This document shows positions 48,744-62,156 of a DNA stretch of 64,000 nucleotides, piece after piece (position 1 is the first letter of the stretch; every line of letters starts with the position of its first letter). The notes under the pieces were generated by a model. The model was given only the letters and a program-made list of their open reading frames with translations. It made no database searches and was not told the DNA's origin. Both the position numbers and the translations under genes were made by a program. The stretch is from Octopus sinensis (taxonomy: Eukaryota), in the NCBI RefSeq assembly GCF_006345805.1, contig NC_043000.1, forward strand, positions 103,850,001-103,914,000, read 5' to 3'.

Positions 48744-49603
48744 CATGTTTGGTCACTGAGTGACCAATGGTTTCGCATCCATAAAACGCTTAGCTTTATA
48801 CACGAATTGTTAGACTCCGATGGCCGCATTGAAGATGGAAAACGGTTACGGTCAGTTAATTTGTAAACAAAAGAATAATATAAACTGTCTTAGCCTTTAA
48901 CAGGACTGGTTATCTCCCTTAGACCGGTCCGGTCAGCAAATCTTATGGCAAATCTAAAGAGCAAACAAGGAATCTCCGCCTTGTGGTTGGTTCCGGTCGT
49001 TAAGTGCATTTTACAGTCCTAATCGACGAACGGGGAATCCATGCCTGCAGTAGATAGCGTTCGAAACGGGAGCAGGGGCTACATAACCCGTGTCTTGAGT
49101 TTAAGAGAGAGTCCGAGTCCAAAGCTTGCATTGTCCGCTCCCGTTTATATAGAGCAGTCGTAGTCCGATATAAGCGAGAGGATAATGCAAGTTTTGCATA
49201 GCAGAGCAGGCAAGTATCCTCAAAGACTCACTGGATCTGGGATCTCTCTTAAACTCAAGATACGTGACCTGTAGCCCATGCCCCCGCTTCAAACGTTACC
49301 AGCCCCGTTCGTCGATTAGGGCAGTAAAAAGTATTTGCCGACGGAACCAACCATAGCGCGAAAATTTCTCGTTTGCCTTTTAGGTCCATAAGATTTGCTG
49401 ACCGGACCGGTCTAAGGGCGACAACCAGTTCTGTTTACGGGTCAGACAATGTATATTATTCTCTTGTTTACAAATTAACTGACCGTAACGGTTTTCTACT
49501 TCCAGTTTGAAGAGAAACTGTATGCCCGCGGTCACTGGAGTCTGACGAGTCATGTACAGGTATTATAGATGCGAAACCATTGGTCACTCAGTAACTGGAC
49601 ATG
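48744..49603. repeat. Large diverged inverted repeat (~295-bp arms, ~270-bp spacer)
   Basis: Arms 48744-49035 / 49303-49603; adjacent 49-bp palindrome at 48691-48739. Confidence 0.85.
49537..49592 (+). ncRNA. Canonical-core type I hammerhead ribozyme
   Basis: gagt-CTGACGA (49542-49548), imperfect stem II, GAAA (49573-49576), CCattGG-TC-actc. GUC triplet, predicted cut after 49585. Confidence 0.75.
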
Positions 49604-49654
49604 CATTTAACTTCATGTAAATGTGTGTGTGTGGTGTGTGTGTGTGTGTGTGTG

Positions 49655-49915
49655 AAGGCGCATGGCTTAATGGTTAGGGTACTGCATTCACAATTACGAG
49701 ATCGTTGGTTCGATTCCCAGACCAGGCGTTGTGTTGTGTTCTTGAGCAAAGCACTTCATTTCAGGTTGCTTTGCGATCATTTCGGCATCCCACATGTAGT
49801 ACATGGTGCGCCTGTACAGGTAATGTCGATTTGATCACTATAATCAAATCATCTGTGTAGTTGTTCGGCAAGAAATTGCCGAACACGCATACGTCGTTTA
49901 ACGACGGGTGAGTCC
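49655..49915 (+). mobile_element. tRNA-derived SINE
   Basis: A box TGGCTTAATGG, B box GGTTCGATTCC, then a CORE-like ttgtgttcttgagcaaagcact. Confidence 0.7.
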
Positions 49916-49926
49916 AGAATATAAAT

Positions 49927-50019
<93 letters not shown>

Positions 50020-50038
50020 TATATATATATAGTATATA

Positions 50039-50100
<62 letters not shown>

Positions 50101-50104
50101 TATA

Positions 50105-50174
<70 letters not shown>

Positions 50175-50225
50175 ATATATATATATGTATGTAGGTAGGT
50201 AGGTAGGTAGGTAGGTATTACTGTT

Positions 50226-50368
50226 TAAAAATAGTTTGATTCGGTCCAAAGCAACTCAAAGTTTCATAGGCTCGTCAGGCTTTGTCTTTTGAGCCTGACG
50301 AGCTCGGATCCTGTGACGAACTTACGAAACTTTAAGTTGCATGGGGCCGAATCAAAGTGTTTACTTAT
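50226..50368. repeat. Small fold-back element with two back-to-back hammerhead cores
   Basis: Minus 50248-50283: aaagc-CTGACGA-GCCTAT-GAAA-CTTTGAG-TT-gcttt. Plus: CTGACGA 50295-50301, GAAA 50326-50329. Follows a (TA)n/(TAGG)n run. Confidence 0.72.
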
Positions 50369-52000
50369 ACGTGTGTGTGTGTCTGTCTGTAAGGTGCATT
50401 CCGGAAGTTTTCAGACTTTTTCAGGAGAGACATTTAATTTCAAGGAAGTACAAAATCTTAATCTCCTTCAACGTAGGACCCTCTGTATATTTACACAAAC
50501 ACGCAGACACACACACACACATGCTAAACACACTGGAGTCAATGTGATCGACTTGCAGCCTCTCTCACAATTGCTGGCTTGGTGACAAAATTTGAAACTA
50601 CTATTATTATTAATTAATGGTGCGTTTTGCATGTATGTATGTTTATGCCGCAACCGGTATTACGTGGGAGGATTATTAAAGTTTCATAACCACTAGTAGA
50701 TGCTATTCGACGCCAACCAAAATATGGTACATAATTTTACTTCTCAGAATTGAGAACAAGAAAATCATACATGCTCTTTGTTTCCTTGTTAAAGATGGCG
50801 AATTAGTAAAGTCATAACAGTGTTGAATAGAAAGTCTTTCGGTTCTCCTTTTGATTCTATGCACTCTGATTGCATGTCTCAACGAAAGAAAATATTCAAG
50901 GACAGCTGACTATAAATTTAGATTTATATCAATAATTATTCGTGCTCTTGATTATATTAAGTAATGCCTAAGCGACAATTTGGAAAAGTTAGGATTTTCA
51001 AGTAAAGATAGAGACCGGCTAACACGAACTTTACAGATATTATCTGTGAGCGGAAGAATAAAAATATGCACGACTTTCTTAAAATTATAGTTGTTGTTAT
51101 CCAAATTCCAATGGATTAGAAATCAATTCTCTCGTTTCTGGGGAGAATGCTAACGAAAAATAAGTGAAGGGGTACATACATACATACATACATACATACA
51201 ATCATTGCAAATACAACATGTATGCTAACAATAAAAATATGCAAGACTTCTTTATAGCTCCACATTGTGCTTATTTAACGTTTTTTTTTGTTGCCCAAAT
51301 TCCAACGAATAGTATCAGTTTGTTAGTAAAGAAACTACCTCCTTCCTTATGAGAAGAATTCATTAATTAAAAGAAAAAAAGGCAACATTCGTTCACGCAT
51401 ATGGGCAAACATACATACACACATACACATATTCACACTCACATGTATATACATACATGCATGCATACACATATACGTACATATATACATACATACATGC
51501 ATACTAGTGAGAAACATATATATTTCTGACAGCTCACACATCTTAATGCATATTTATTTAACAACCCATCATCTGGGTCTCAGAATCTTACAGTTGTCCC
51601 CATTCTGTCTGTTCTTTTCTGCCCCAGTGTCTCATCTAACTAGTGTGTGTGCGCGCGCGCGCTTGGATGCGTGTGTTTGAGGGGAGGGCGATTGTGGGGA
51701 GTGTCGTCTCGCTAGCTCTCACGGTTCAAAGAATGAGATACTGCTTAGACCTATATATTAACTAAACATCTTTCGAGTTGCTTGTAGTGGTGGTGGTGGT
51801 TGACGACATCATCTTTGTTGTTGTTTAGAGAAGAGAATGGTAACATAGATGCTATGTTTAGACCTTGGTTGGCCCTGTACAGGCAAACCCAGCATTAAAA
51901 ACATTCCAGCTGTGACCATCCCACCTTGTTCAGACATTGTGTGTGTGTGTGTGCGTGAGTGTGTGTGTGTGCGCGTGCGTGTGCGTGCGTGTGTGTGTGC

Positions 52001-52064
<64 letters not shown>

Positions 52065-53919
52065 TTATCTTTTATCTTTTATTCTTTACTTGTTTCAGTC
52101 ATCGGATTGCGGTCATGCTGGAGCACAAATTTGAAGCGTTTTTTTTTTACTTTTTTAGTCGAACAAATCCATCCCAGTATATACTCAACTTCTATTTAGT
52201 ACTTCCATTGCTCAGGGGATGTAGAAGACAACATTTACCCTAGGTGCTATGCGATAGGACTGAACCCGGAATCATATGATTGAGAAGCTCCCTTTCCCAG
52301 GCTCCAATATTTTGATTTTATTTATTTATATATATTTTTTCACAGATCCATAGTTTAAAACCCGAGGAATGGGTATCTCGGGGTGTCGAAATTTTAAAAA
52401 ATAATCTTGTTATTGGAGTGTCACATGTGTACATGTATTTTGGTGTATTTTAGTTTTAGCCTAATGAGGAATCACTTACTAACGTGTTAACTAATAAACG
52501 ACTATGGATATATGGTTTGCAATATGAAACCCTGAATCGTTTATTTAAAACAGAAAATACAATTTATTTTAGATAAATGTATTAAACTTTTAAAATTCTT
52601 TGTGAAGTTTAGCATGCGTTTTATAACATGATATTGCAGGGAGATATATTTTCGGTGTATCTCATGTCGTATCTTCACCATTACTGATATAATCGGTTAC
52701 ATCGACTCTTCCAGAGAATTACTAGTACTTATTTTATCATCCCAGACGCTAATACATTAACCATTGGCCACAGAAGGAGTCTCTTGTCAGAGGCAGAAAA
52801 TCGCGTGTCCAAAGTTGAAATTTCGGTAGCATTCAAATTTGGAATTACCCATTGTGTCAATCTCTAAAATACCAAATGGAAAAACGCTTTTTGATTAAAA
52901 CAATAATTTAATATGCTACATTGTTATGAATTTGTAAAATTAAAGATCCATTATTTTTTTTCAGCTTTGATGCATCTTCACAGGTCTTATGTACTTGCAA
53001 TTCGTCCCTAGTATTATAAAGGAACCCCTATAAACTCGAGCTTTTGTCTCAATGGTGGTCTACTATATCATTCATTGTCATGATTATGTTGACTTTTTGC
53101 TTTTGCTTCTATATAAAACATACAGAATTCATATTTAGTTTATATTATCCAACAATTTATGAGGGGTTATGGCTAGGAAAGAAATTATTATTATCAAAGA
53201 ATGACATGAGCAATGTGATGTGAAAGTAATTTTTGCAGAGTCGAAACCACGAACCAAGCAATTTCGTTTTATTCTTTATTTTTTATAGTTTAGTCATAGG
53301 AAGAAGAGCATTTTCAACACCTCCGCGACTGATAAGAAGAACCTGAGACTACACTCTAATCTTTGCAAGATTGTGGCCTCTGCAAAAGACACCCAAGAGC
53401 CAGATGGTTGCTTGTGTTTTTTAGCCCCTGAGAAAGGCATAAATGTAACATAATCAATTTTCTTTCTTTCTTTCTTTCTCCCCATTAGTATCCCTACCCT
53501 TGTGTCTGTTTAATGAATTTTTATTGAAGGGCACAAATCATAGCAATGTAAACGTAAATTCTTAGGTCAGAAAATTGGGGTCATTTTATCTCGTCTTGCT
53601 TTTCTTCTTTTTAATACCTTTAAGAAAGCATGGATATTAAAACCGTCATTTCTATATCGGCTGCTATGCCTAAATAGTGTGTTCATCGTATCATAAGACT
53701 ACCATCATATTCAGCAAAGGCGGGGGTCCGGCCAACGAGAAAGACCTCTACAAAGTCGCTCAATCTGTAGGACATAGTAAACAAATCACCCTCAAATCAC
53801 TTTTGACTGTCTTAAAGAATTAACGATACAGTGTCTTTCAAAAGAGAGACAAAAGGGAAAGCTTCTGGCAGTATGGTTGGTCGATCAGAGCTGAATCGAG
53901 CTAGACAAAAGCATCATAT

Positions 53920-54212
53920 TTGGGGCACTTGGAATGTTAACAAGAAGAGCAAATAAATATATAGACCAAATCCTTGGCATCCTCAAAATAGGTGAATTGC
54001 AAAAGATCATACTTACGAGTGACTCACATATTCTAGGTAAATTCATATCCATGCAGATGCAATCTTACTCATCCTGCTCTTCATTTTTTTCTCCCTCAGC
54101 ATGGCACCTGTTGGCATTTTTAGATGCAAAACCTTGTTGTTCTTTGATGTCTTTGTTCGAGACTTGGACGCAAATCGTATTAATTAAAGCAAAACTAAAA
54201 CATAATAATAAT
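53920..54212 (+). mobile_element. 3' end of an R4/Dong-like LINE
   Basis: GALGML...ELQKIILTSDSHILGKFISM, followed by a 3' UTR ending in (TAA)n. Confidence 0.6.
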
Positions 54213-54441
54213 ACTTTGAAATTTTGACTCAAGGCCAGTAACTTTAGGGGAGGAGTATGTCGATTACATCGACCTCAGTGTTCAGCTGGTACTCGTTTTA
54301 AAGACCTCAAAAGAACTTCGGCAGAATTTGAACTCAGTACGTAAAGTCAGACAAAACACCGCTAAGCATTTTGCTCGGCGTGCTATGATTCGGCCAGTTC
54401 ACCGCCTTGATGATGATGATGATAATATAATAATAATAATA

Positions 54442-54486
<45 letters not shown>

Positions 54487-54972
54487 CATAATAATAATAA
54501 TAATCATTATTATTATTATTATTATCATTATTTCTCGGACTAACACAGAGTGAACAAGTCATAAGTTTAAAAGCACCTCAAAAAACTATGCCCGGAAATA
54601 AGTCTATCAACAACAAAAAAGAACACTGCCATTTCTCTCTGTGCAGTCATACAAAAAAACATATTTAGTCAATCTTAAAATAAAACTATCTACAACACGT
54701 TTTCTTTTCTTTTTGACTCTCCTTGTGTATTCGAAAATGTAAACATCCTTTTCATTGCAAAAGTCCTACTGTATTCTCCAACTGGACAGACAAACGAACA
54801 TCTCAAGAAAACTTAAAAGCTTTAATATATTACCCAAAAACGTAAACACATCTTTTATTGCAACAACACAAATGAATTCGGAAATTCAAAAATTCAACGA
54901 CGTGAGTATCAGTATATATGTATTTGTGTGTGTGTGTGGGGGGGTATATATGTATATATATATATATATATT

Positions 54973-55036
<64 letters not shown>

Positions 55037-55281
55037 ATATATATATATTTATGTATATAAATAATTGTTTTTTCTACCAGTAATTAGAAATATAACAAGT
55101 TGAATTGCTTCTCTTCAGGCAGCGCTCTCAGTGGTCACTGGTAGCAGTAAATACATTTGACCTCTACTGACCCAAAGGGTGCAAAGATTCTTTTGTCTCT
55201 GTGGCTGACCTCCCCACCATCTGCCGAATCTATTTATAGACCTGTATATTATTATCTATTCACCAAGCTGCTACTCAACTA

Positions 55282-55689
55282 GGCGCAGGAGTGGCTGTGT
55301 GGTAAGTAGCTTGCTAACCAACCACATGGTTCCGGGTTCAGTCCCACTGCGTGGCATCTTGGGCAAGTGTCTTCTGCTATAGCCCCGGGCCGACCAATGC
55401 CTTGTGAGTGGATTTGGTAGACGGAAACTGAAAGAAGCCTGTCGTATATATGTATATATATATATGTGTGTGTGTGTGTTTGTGGGTGTGTTTGTCCCCC
55501 TAGCATTGCTTGACAACCGATGCTGGTGTGTTTACCTCCCCGTCACTTAGCGGTTCGGCAAAAGAGACCAATAGAATAAGTACTGGGCTTACAAAGAATA
55601 AGTCCCGGGGTCGATTTGCTCGACTAAAGGCGGTGCTCCAGCATGGCCGCAGTCAAATGACTGAAACAAGTAAAAGAGTAAAAGAGTAA
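55282..55689 (+). mobile_element. Full-length young tRNA-derived SINE (resembles Octopus OR/OK-type SINEs)
   Basis: A box TGGCTGTGTGG, B box GGTTCAGTCCC, internal (TA/TG)n and (GTAAAAGA)n tail. Confidence 0.88.
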
Positions 55690-55744
55690 CCACATATTTA
55701 TGATTATCTCAAGCACAAGATAAAAGTTGAAAATATAGAAACTG

Positions 55745-57790
55745 AAGCCGATGATGGTGACAGTGTTCCACCCGGCAGGCTCAGAGATTCTGGTCCGGCT
55801 CCAGCCTGTCGATATCCAGAAAGGGACCACTACAAACGGTAGATGGAGCAAGCAGATTAATGCTGTGGTCATGGAGAGTTACTACCTGAGCAGTCCGGTA
55901 GATGAAAATGGTGCTCAAATTAGGGGTTACCGACAACGTATGTATGATCATTGGAGAGAAAAGGGTTTGTTTCAATTCACGGAACAGAGACTATGTGATC
56001 AAGCTAGAGCAATAAGAAAAAATTGTTGGTTCACCGAAGTAGAGCTCGAAGCTATCAAAAGACGGGTCTTGGACAATAGCAGCAGAGATAACGATGAAAA
56101 TACAGTTCTTACTAACAAGAATAATCTCATAGCACAGGAAAGAAGCAGTGGTAGTTTACTTGATGAGAGACCTATAGATGATCTAAAAGAAGACAATGAA
56201 ACTGGCGACATGACAGACGAACAAAAGGCAATCTACGACAGAATAAAGGCAAGTCTACAGGAGAACGATAGCGACATTATTTGCAACCTTTAAAAGGTTG
56301 ATCGATGGAAATTGAACCAAGAAACGAAAAATGTCAATGAAATTCTGAAATACATCAGAACAAACAACATCACAGAAACGAATAATTTGATCAAGGCAGC
56401 AAGTATGGGAGTGACAAAAGAAAAGATCCATGGTGGAAAAGAAGAATACAGGCAGGGTTAGACATGCTCTCGAAGGAAATTTCTGTGTTATACCGAAAAG
56501 AGAAAACGAACAAAAATACAGGGCGCTGAAAAGGATGTATAATATTGAAAGAAAGGGCCTGAAAGTGGTGATGGAGGAACTGAAATAGCGCCTCGTTGCA
56601 AAGAAAGCAAATATGATAAGATACGACCAAAGAATGAAGGGTTACCACCAGAATAGGTTATTCAGAGTAGATAAGAAGGAATTCTATAAAGAAATAAATG
56701 GAGAGTGTACAGATGAAAAGTTGATACCAGATAACAATGAAAGTCAAAGATTTTGGAGTGACATCTGGAGCAAAGACAAGGAAAACAAGCAGGATGCTGA
56801 ATGGTCGCAAGAACTGAAACAAACAGTAGTCTGTCCAAAACAGGCAAAAGTAGTCATTTCAGTTCGGGAAGTGAAGATGGAGTTCAAGGCTACTGGATGA
56901 AAAGACTTGGTGAATGTCATGCACGAATAGCTGCGCAACTCAACACCTTGTTAATTGCCGACCAAGTAACACCAGAGTGGTTGACATTGGGTGGGACAGT
57001 GCTATGCTTGAAAAACATATAAAAAAGCATTACGGTAGACAATTACAGGCCGATATCCTGTTTGCCACTTATGTGGAAGTTATTGACTGGAATACTCGCA
57101 GAGTCAATGTACGAAAATCTGGAAAAAAAATGGAGTCCTGCCACATGAGCAGAAGGGTTGCAAGCGTAAGTGCAGAAGTACCAAAGATCAACTCCTGATA
57201 GACAAAACTGTACTTAGAGACTGCAAGAGGAGGAAAAGTAACTTAGCCATATCATGGATCGACTATCGTAAGGCGTACGATATAATCCCACATTCTTGGA
57301 TTATGGAATGTATGAACCTATTTGGTATTGCATCGACTGTTGAGCGATTACTTGGAAAAAGTATGGTGAATTGGAGGACGGACCTGAAAGTATACGGAAG
57401 AAGTTTAGGGACAGTAGAAATTAGGAGGGGCATCTTCCAAGGGGAATTTAAGGTTGGGTACTTGCGCAGACTGAGACTGTTCCTTAAGTCGAAATTAAAC
57501 GGACGGAATAAGACTGAAACTATCAACACCTGGGCGGTTTCACTCCTTAGATATAGAGCAGGGGTAATCGCATGGACAGTAGATGAACTATACAGCTTAG
57601 ATAGAAAGACAAGGACGTTGCTAACGAGATATGGGACACTCCACCCAAAAAGTGACACAGGCAGACTGTATGCACCAAGAAAAAAAGGGGAAAGAGGACT
57701 TATTGGATGCGAACACAGCATTAGATCAGAAGAAAACAACATAGCATGGTATGTAAAAAATGCCACAGAACCGCTATCAGGCTTGTGTAA
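55745..57790 (+). mobile_element. Decayed R4/Dong-clade non-LTR retrotransposon with internal deletions
   Basis: GYRQRMY...EQRLCDQARAIRKN.WF N-terminal motif; [17 protein letters not shown] and RRGIFQG fused directly to YLRRLR...INTWAV...LHPKSD..RLY.PRKKG.RGL. Confidence 0.88.
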
Positions 57791-58061
57791 AATAAATGTT
57801 TTCTTCACAACTTCAATCACTGTTCTTTCATCTTTACATAATGGCAATCAACGATGAACCAGTCCTTTAAACTGATTACGATTCCGACATACCATATTAT
57901 TGTTATACAAAAATTAATTTCAACCGTACCAATCAACCTCTATTGTTTACGAACAAACTTCAACTGTACACTAATTAACATCAGCCGTTACATCGCGAAG
58001 CATTTCTCCCGGCGTGCTAACGATTCTGCCAGCTCGCCGCCTTGCTTAATAATAATGATAA

Positions 58062-58163
<102 letters not shown>

Positions 58164-58164
58164 T

Positions 58165-58475
58165 CTTTATTGGCTGCTAGGATAAAAAAGATTCAGGACA
58201 ATATAATGGCCAGTTGGAATTTACATAAATAAGTTTAAACAGTAGAAAAAGAAAAAAAAGATCAGTTTTCAAGAATTATAACAACAAAATTCTTTAATAA
58301 TGGGAACCCCCCATCCAGGAGCGACCAAGGAAATTCGAGGATTCCGAATCACCCTGCTCACCAGGAGTACCATGGCAAGTGCTCCTCTATCTTCCGTACT
58401 TTTCAGCCTACAGGCGCATGCTTAGAATAGGTCCATTTACTCGGGCAATTATCGCTACATTCGCCCACCTTTACC
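58165..58475 (-). mobile_element. Probable L1/Tx1-type LINE 3' end with AATAAA and a (TAA)n tail
   Basis: Minus strand RWANVAIIARVNGPILSMRL-stop, then a UTR and aataaag running into the (AAT)n array. Confidence 0.4.
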
Positions 58476-58487
58476 GGCGGGTATTTT

Positions 58488-58890
58488 TTCTTTTACTTTT
58501 ATTTGTTTCAGTCGTTTGACTGCGGCCATGCTGGAGCACCGCCTTTAGTCGAGCAAATCGACCCCAAGACTTATTCTTTGGAAGCGTAGTACTTATTCTA
58601 TCGGTTGTCAAGCGATGTTGGGGCGACAAACACAGACACACAAACATATACATACATACATACATACATACATACATACATACATACATACATACATACA
58701 TACATGCACACATATATATATACATATATACGACGGGCTTCTTTCGGTTTCCGTCTACCAAATCCACTCAGAAGGCTTTGGTCGGCCTGAGGCTATAGTA
58801 GAAGACACTTGCCCAAGGTGCCACGCAGTGGGACTGAAGCCGGAACCATGTAGTTCGTAAGCAAGCTACTTACCACACAGCCACTCCTGT
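58488..58890 (-). mobile_element. tRNA-derived SINE, inverted relative to 55282-55689
   Basis: Reverse complement of the same family, with an internal (CATA)n. Confidence 0.88.
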
Positions 58891-59690
58891 GGGTATAGTA
58901 ATGAATATTACAAATTCAAAAGTTAGTAACATGTATTAAATTTTTATTTTGATCTTAAGGTTTAAAAAAAGAAATTTTTTTCTTATATATCTTCTTAAAG
59001 ACTGCATCGGAGGGGTGTTTCAAATTTGAACTCGGGTAAAATTTTGCTCGCGGTCCTAGTTCTCATCTCTCGAATAGAGGTTTCCTTGTCGTCTCGTTGT
59101 GTGTTGTGTTCTTATGCATCAATATTGTTTCTTATATTCTTTAAAAAATTATCTTTATCGGTTTACCATCAGAAAAAAAAAATTAGATTGCAAAATGAGA
59201 ACAGCTACAGATAGATGGGTGGGTTTAAGACTAGAGAAATGGACCCGACTCCCTTGAGAAGAAACAAGCACAAACTGTCAAGCTGAACTTAATAGATATC
59301 TAGTAGAAAGTGTATATGTGTGCATATATGTGTGTATGTGTAACTACGCGTGTTTATGTGGGTTAACGTATATGTGTGATTGTGTGTATATGTGTGCTAG
59401 TGTAATTGCGTATGTATATATGTGTGTGTGTATGCATGTGTGTACGTGTGTGCTGTGTGGTTGTATGTGTGTTGTGTGTTAGTGTGACTGTATGTTTGTG
59501 CTTGTGTGTGTGTGTGTGTGTGTGACAAAGCGGTTTTCCCCTCAGTCGTGTATGTATTAAGCCCTGTTTGTATAAGGCACAAGAAAGCTCCTCCCATGAC
59601 TGCTAAAACCACATTGAAAAAGGATGGCAAAGAAAGGAAAGCAGGAATGACGGAAGAGAAATAAAGATAGGATGACTGGTAGAGTGATAC

Positions 59691-59721
<31 letters not shown>

Positions 59722-60161
59722 GAAACAAGGGAGTAGTGAGTGAGTGAGTGAGTGAGTGAGTGAGTGGGTGGGTGAGTGAGAGAATGAATGAATGAGTGAG
59801 AATGAGAGAAAGAGAAGGAAAGGGGCAGATACAGAATAGAGTTTATGATAAAAAGACAATAAACAAATGAAATATGAGAAGTCAACTTGTATGATTCTTT
59901 GAATTACATTTGAATTTTTAGTATCAAACCTCCTCGCTAGTTACTGCGAAATCAGCTGAAACAATCATATTTAGCAAAGAAAGCTGTTAGAAGTTAGTTA
60001 AGTGTAACCTTCGAAATTTCGGCGAACTTCAACTATTTTCATTTAAAAAAAAAAAAAACACAGAAAAAGATACTTCAGTCCTTTCTAAACGCGTGTATGT
60101 GCGTGTATAAGTATATATGTATATATGAGTGCACAAGTTTATTTACCTCTCCTAAACGGTA

Positions 60162-61379
60162 ATGTCAACAGCAGTTGACACAAACACCGATTCCAATCGA
60201 ACAATTGTTTTATCGTCGAGACCAAAATACCTGGAAGAATGTATTTCGAAATTCGATCATGAACTTGAACTTGAATCCGACAGCGAAGCTATCTACTGCA
60301 ATGTTACGACAGATAGTTTCCTTTGCTGGCCAAGAACTCCTGCCGGCACTACAGCAAGCCAACCTTGTCCTTCATTGCAAGGCTCTGATACAACCAAATT
60401 TGCTTATCGTAGCTGTGACTTAAATGGAGAATGGAGTTCGAAGTGGGATGACGATTCGTCTGCTTGGACAAACTACACACAATGTTACAGTTCCGAAGCT
60501 GAACTAATTTTCCAGTTTGATTCAGAAAATATACGAAAAGCATCAGCTGAGGATTTAACCGATTCCAGTATCCTGGGAATATGTGGACTGTCCATGTCAT
60601 TGCTAGCCATTTTCTTTACCCTTGCTTATGTGCGTTATAAAAAATATAGCGGACCGCGTATGGACGTCTATAGAAACTTATTCGCAACACTGGTTCTCGA
60701 AGCATCTGTGAAACTATCATTTCAGATTATTCTTTTAATGGTATGGCTTGAAGACGGCCTCGTTGTTACTGTGTTCGATATTCCACATCTTTGTGAAGTA
60801 TTCGTTGTAATTTTGGAATTTGCGGAGATTACTACCTATATTTGGACAGCCCTTCATGGACACCTGAGTTACCTGGAAGTGAAACAATACGATCCTTTAA
60901 AAGTGCAAGTTCTCTACGCTGTTCTAGGATGGGGTGTACCGATTATTACCTTGGCTGAGTGGTTAGCAGTACAAACAGCGACTAACGAAGCTCCCTGTTG
61001 GTATGGTTACCGTTTCCAACAAAGCGCCTGGATTTTGGAACTACCTCGTGTGTGGGCCTTAATATTTTCACTGGTATTTCTAGCTTACACAATCTGGTCT
61101 CTAAACGAGACTGGACACATGAGAGACGTCAGCGAAGTACATATGATCAAGCGTAGTACACTAGCGTGTCTCGCCTATATTTTCTTCTTAACTATGTCCT
61201 TATGTACATCTTTAGTACTGGCTAATCTAGCACACAACAGCATCAACAAGATGCACTTATTAGCTTTAATCTACACAATTACATTCCTCACCTCTTTCAG
61301 AGGACTGTTTTTTACCATGGGTTACTGGCTATGGGAAAACCAAGGAAGGAACTGGTACCAGAAAGTCAGTTTGGTTTGA
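60162..61379 (+). CDS. Class B (secretin-family) GPCR, CRF/DH44/calcitonin-receptor-like, single 405-aa ORF
   Basis: Hormone-binding domain C...CNVTTDSFLCWPRTPAG..ASQPCP...AYRSCDLNGEW...WTNYTQC; seven hydrophobic segments; GWGVP in TM4, CW in ECL2, SFRG in TM7. In-frame TAA upstream at 60153. Confidence 0.9.
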   Translation: MSTAVDTNTDSNRTIVLSSRPKYLEECISKFDHELELESDSEAIYCNVTTDSFLCWPRTPAGTTASQPCPSLQGSDTTKFAYRSCDLNGEWSSKWDDDSSAWTNYTQCYSSEAELIFQFDSENIRKASAEDLTDSSILGICGLSMSLLAIFFTLAYVRYKKYSGPRMDVYRNLFATLVLEASVKLSFQIILLMVWLEDGLVVTVFDIPHLCEVFVVILEFAEITTYIWTALHGHLSYLEVKQYDPLKVQVLYAVLGWGVPIITLAEWLAVQTATNEAPCWYGYRFQQSAWILELPRVWALIFSLVFLAYTIWSLNETGHMRDVSEVHMIKRSTLACLAYIFFLTMSLCTSLVLANLAHNSINKMHLLALIYTITFLTSFRGLFFTMGYWLWENQGRNWYQKVSLV

Positions 61380-61944
61380 AGGTTAATACTTGTGTTTATT
61401 GTATGTTTGAATTATTTTTTAAAAATCCTGTTTGTTGACACCAATATATATATACATACACATACCCAAATACATACATACGTACATACATACATACATA
61501 CATACGTACATACATACATACATACATACATACATACATACATACATACATACATACACATAGATAGATAGATAGATAGATAGATTACTGCAGTTATATT
61601 ATGTATATCATTGTTAATTCTGTTCATTCACACATCCACATCCGAGCGCGCTTATACTGGGTTGTAGACCTGATCTATTGCCCCTGTAACACGAACACCT
61701 TGTGTGCCTTTAGCAGAATCCATTCTGTTGTATTTGGGCCAGGTTCACATTTGTGTATAACTCGATATCTCTGATGCGGTCTTCCCTCTTCCTTAACCCA
61801 CGAGTCGTGGTTTTCTCCTCTAGTCAACCCCCACTCCATTAGTCTCGGAGACACTTAAAAGGGGTCACTGATTTTGCTCCACTTTTCTTTCATGAAACCT
61901 TTAAAAAATATTTTGTTGTCTGGGGAAAATCATAACATCAATTA

Positions 61945-62156
61945 TAATAACACACTCACAGGTTCAATTCCAGTTTTTATTATTAGTGAATTGGTTAAAT
62001 ATCAAACTAACTAATCGATCGTGTTTAACGTGTTGGTTAAACAATCAATCGGTTGTTTGTTTGTCCCATGTTAAACAAACGATTGATTAGTTTAATATTT
62101 AACCAATTCCCTAATAATAAAAAGTTGAGTTGACCATGTGTGTGTTTTGTTATTGG
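61945..62156. repeat. Diverged fold-back element downstream of the GPCR
   Basis: tttttattattagtgaattggttaaatat / atatttaaccaattccctaataataaaaa; no intact hammerhead core. Confidence 0.7.

Noticed and set aside
55282-55375. tRNA gene
   Set aside because: A/B boxes belong to a SINE head repeated several times in the window; no full cloverleaf evident.
59026-59214. Signal-peptide-like ORF as an upstream GPCR exon
   Set aside because: TTG start, weak donor and no supporting evidence; would need RNA data.
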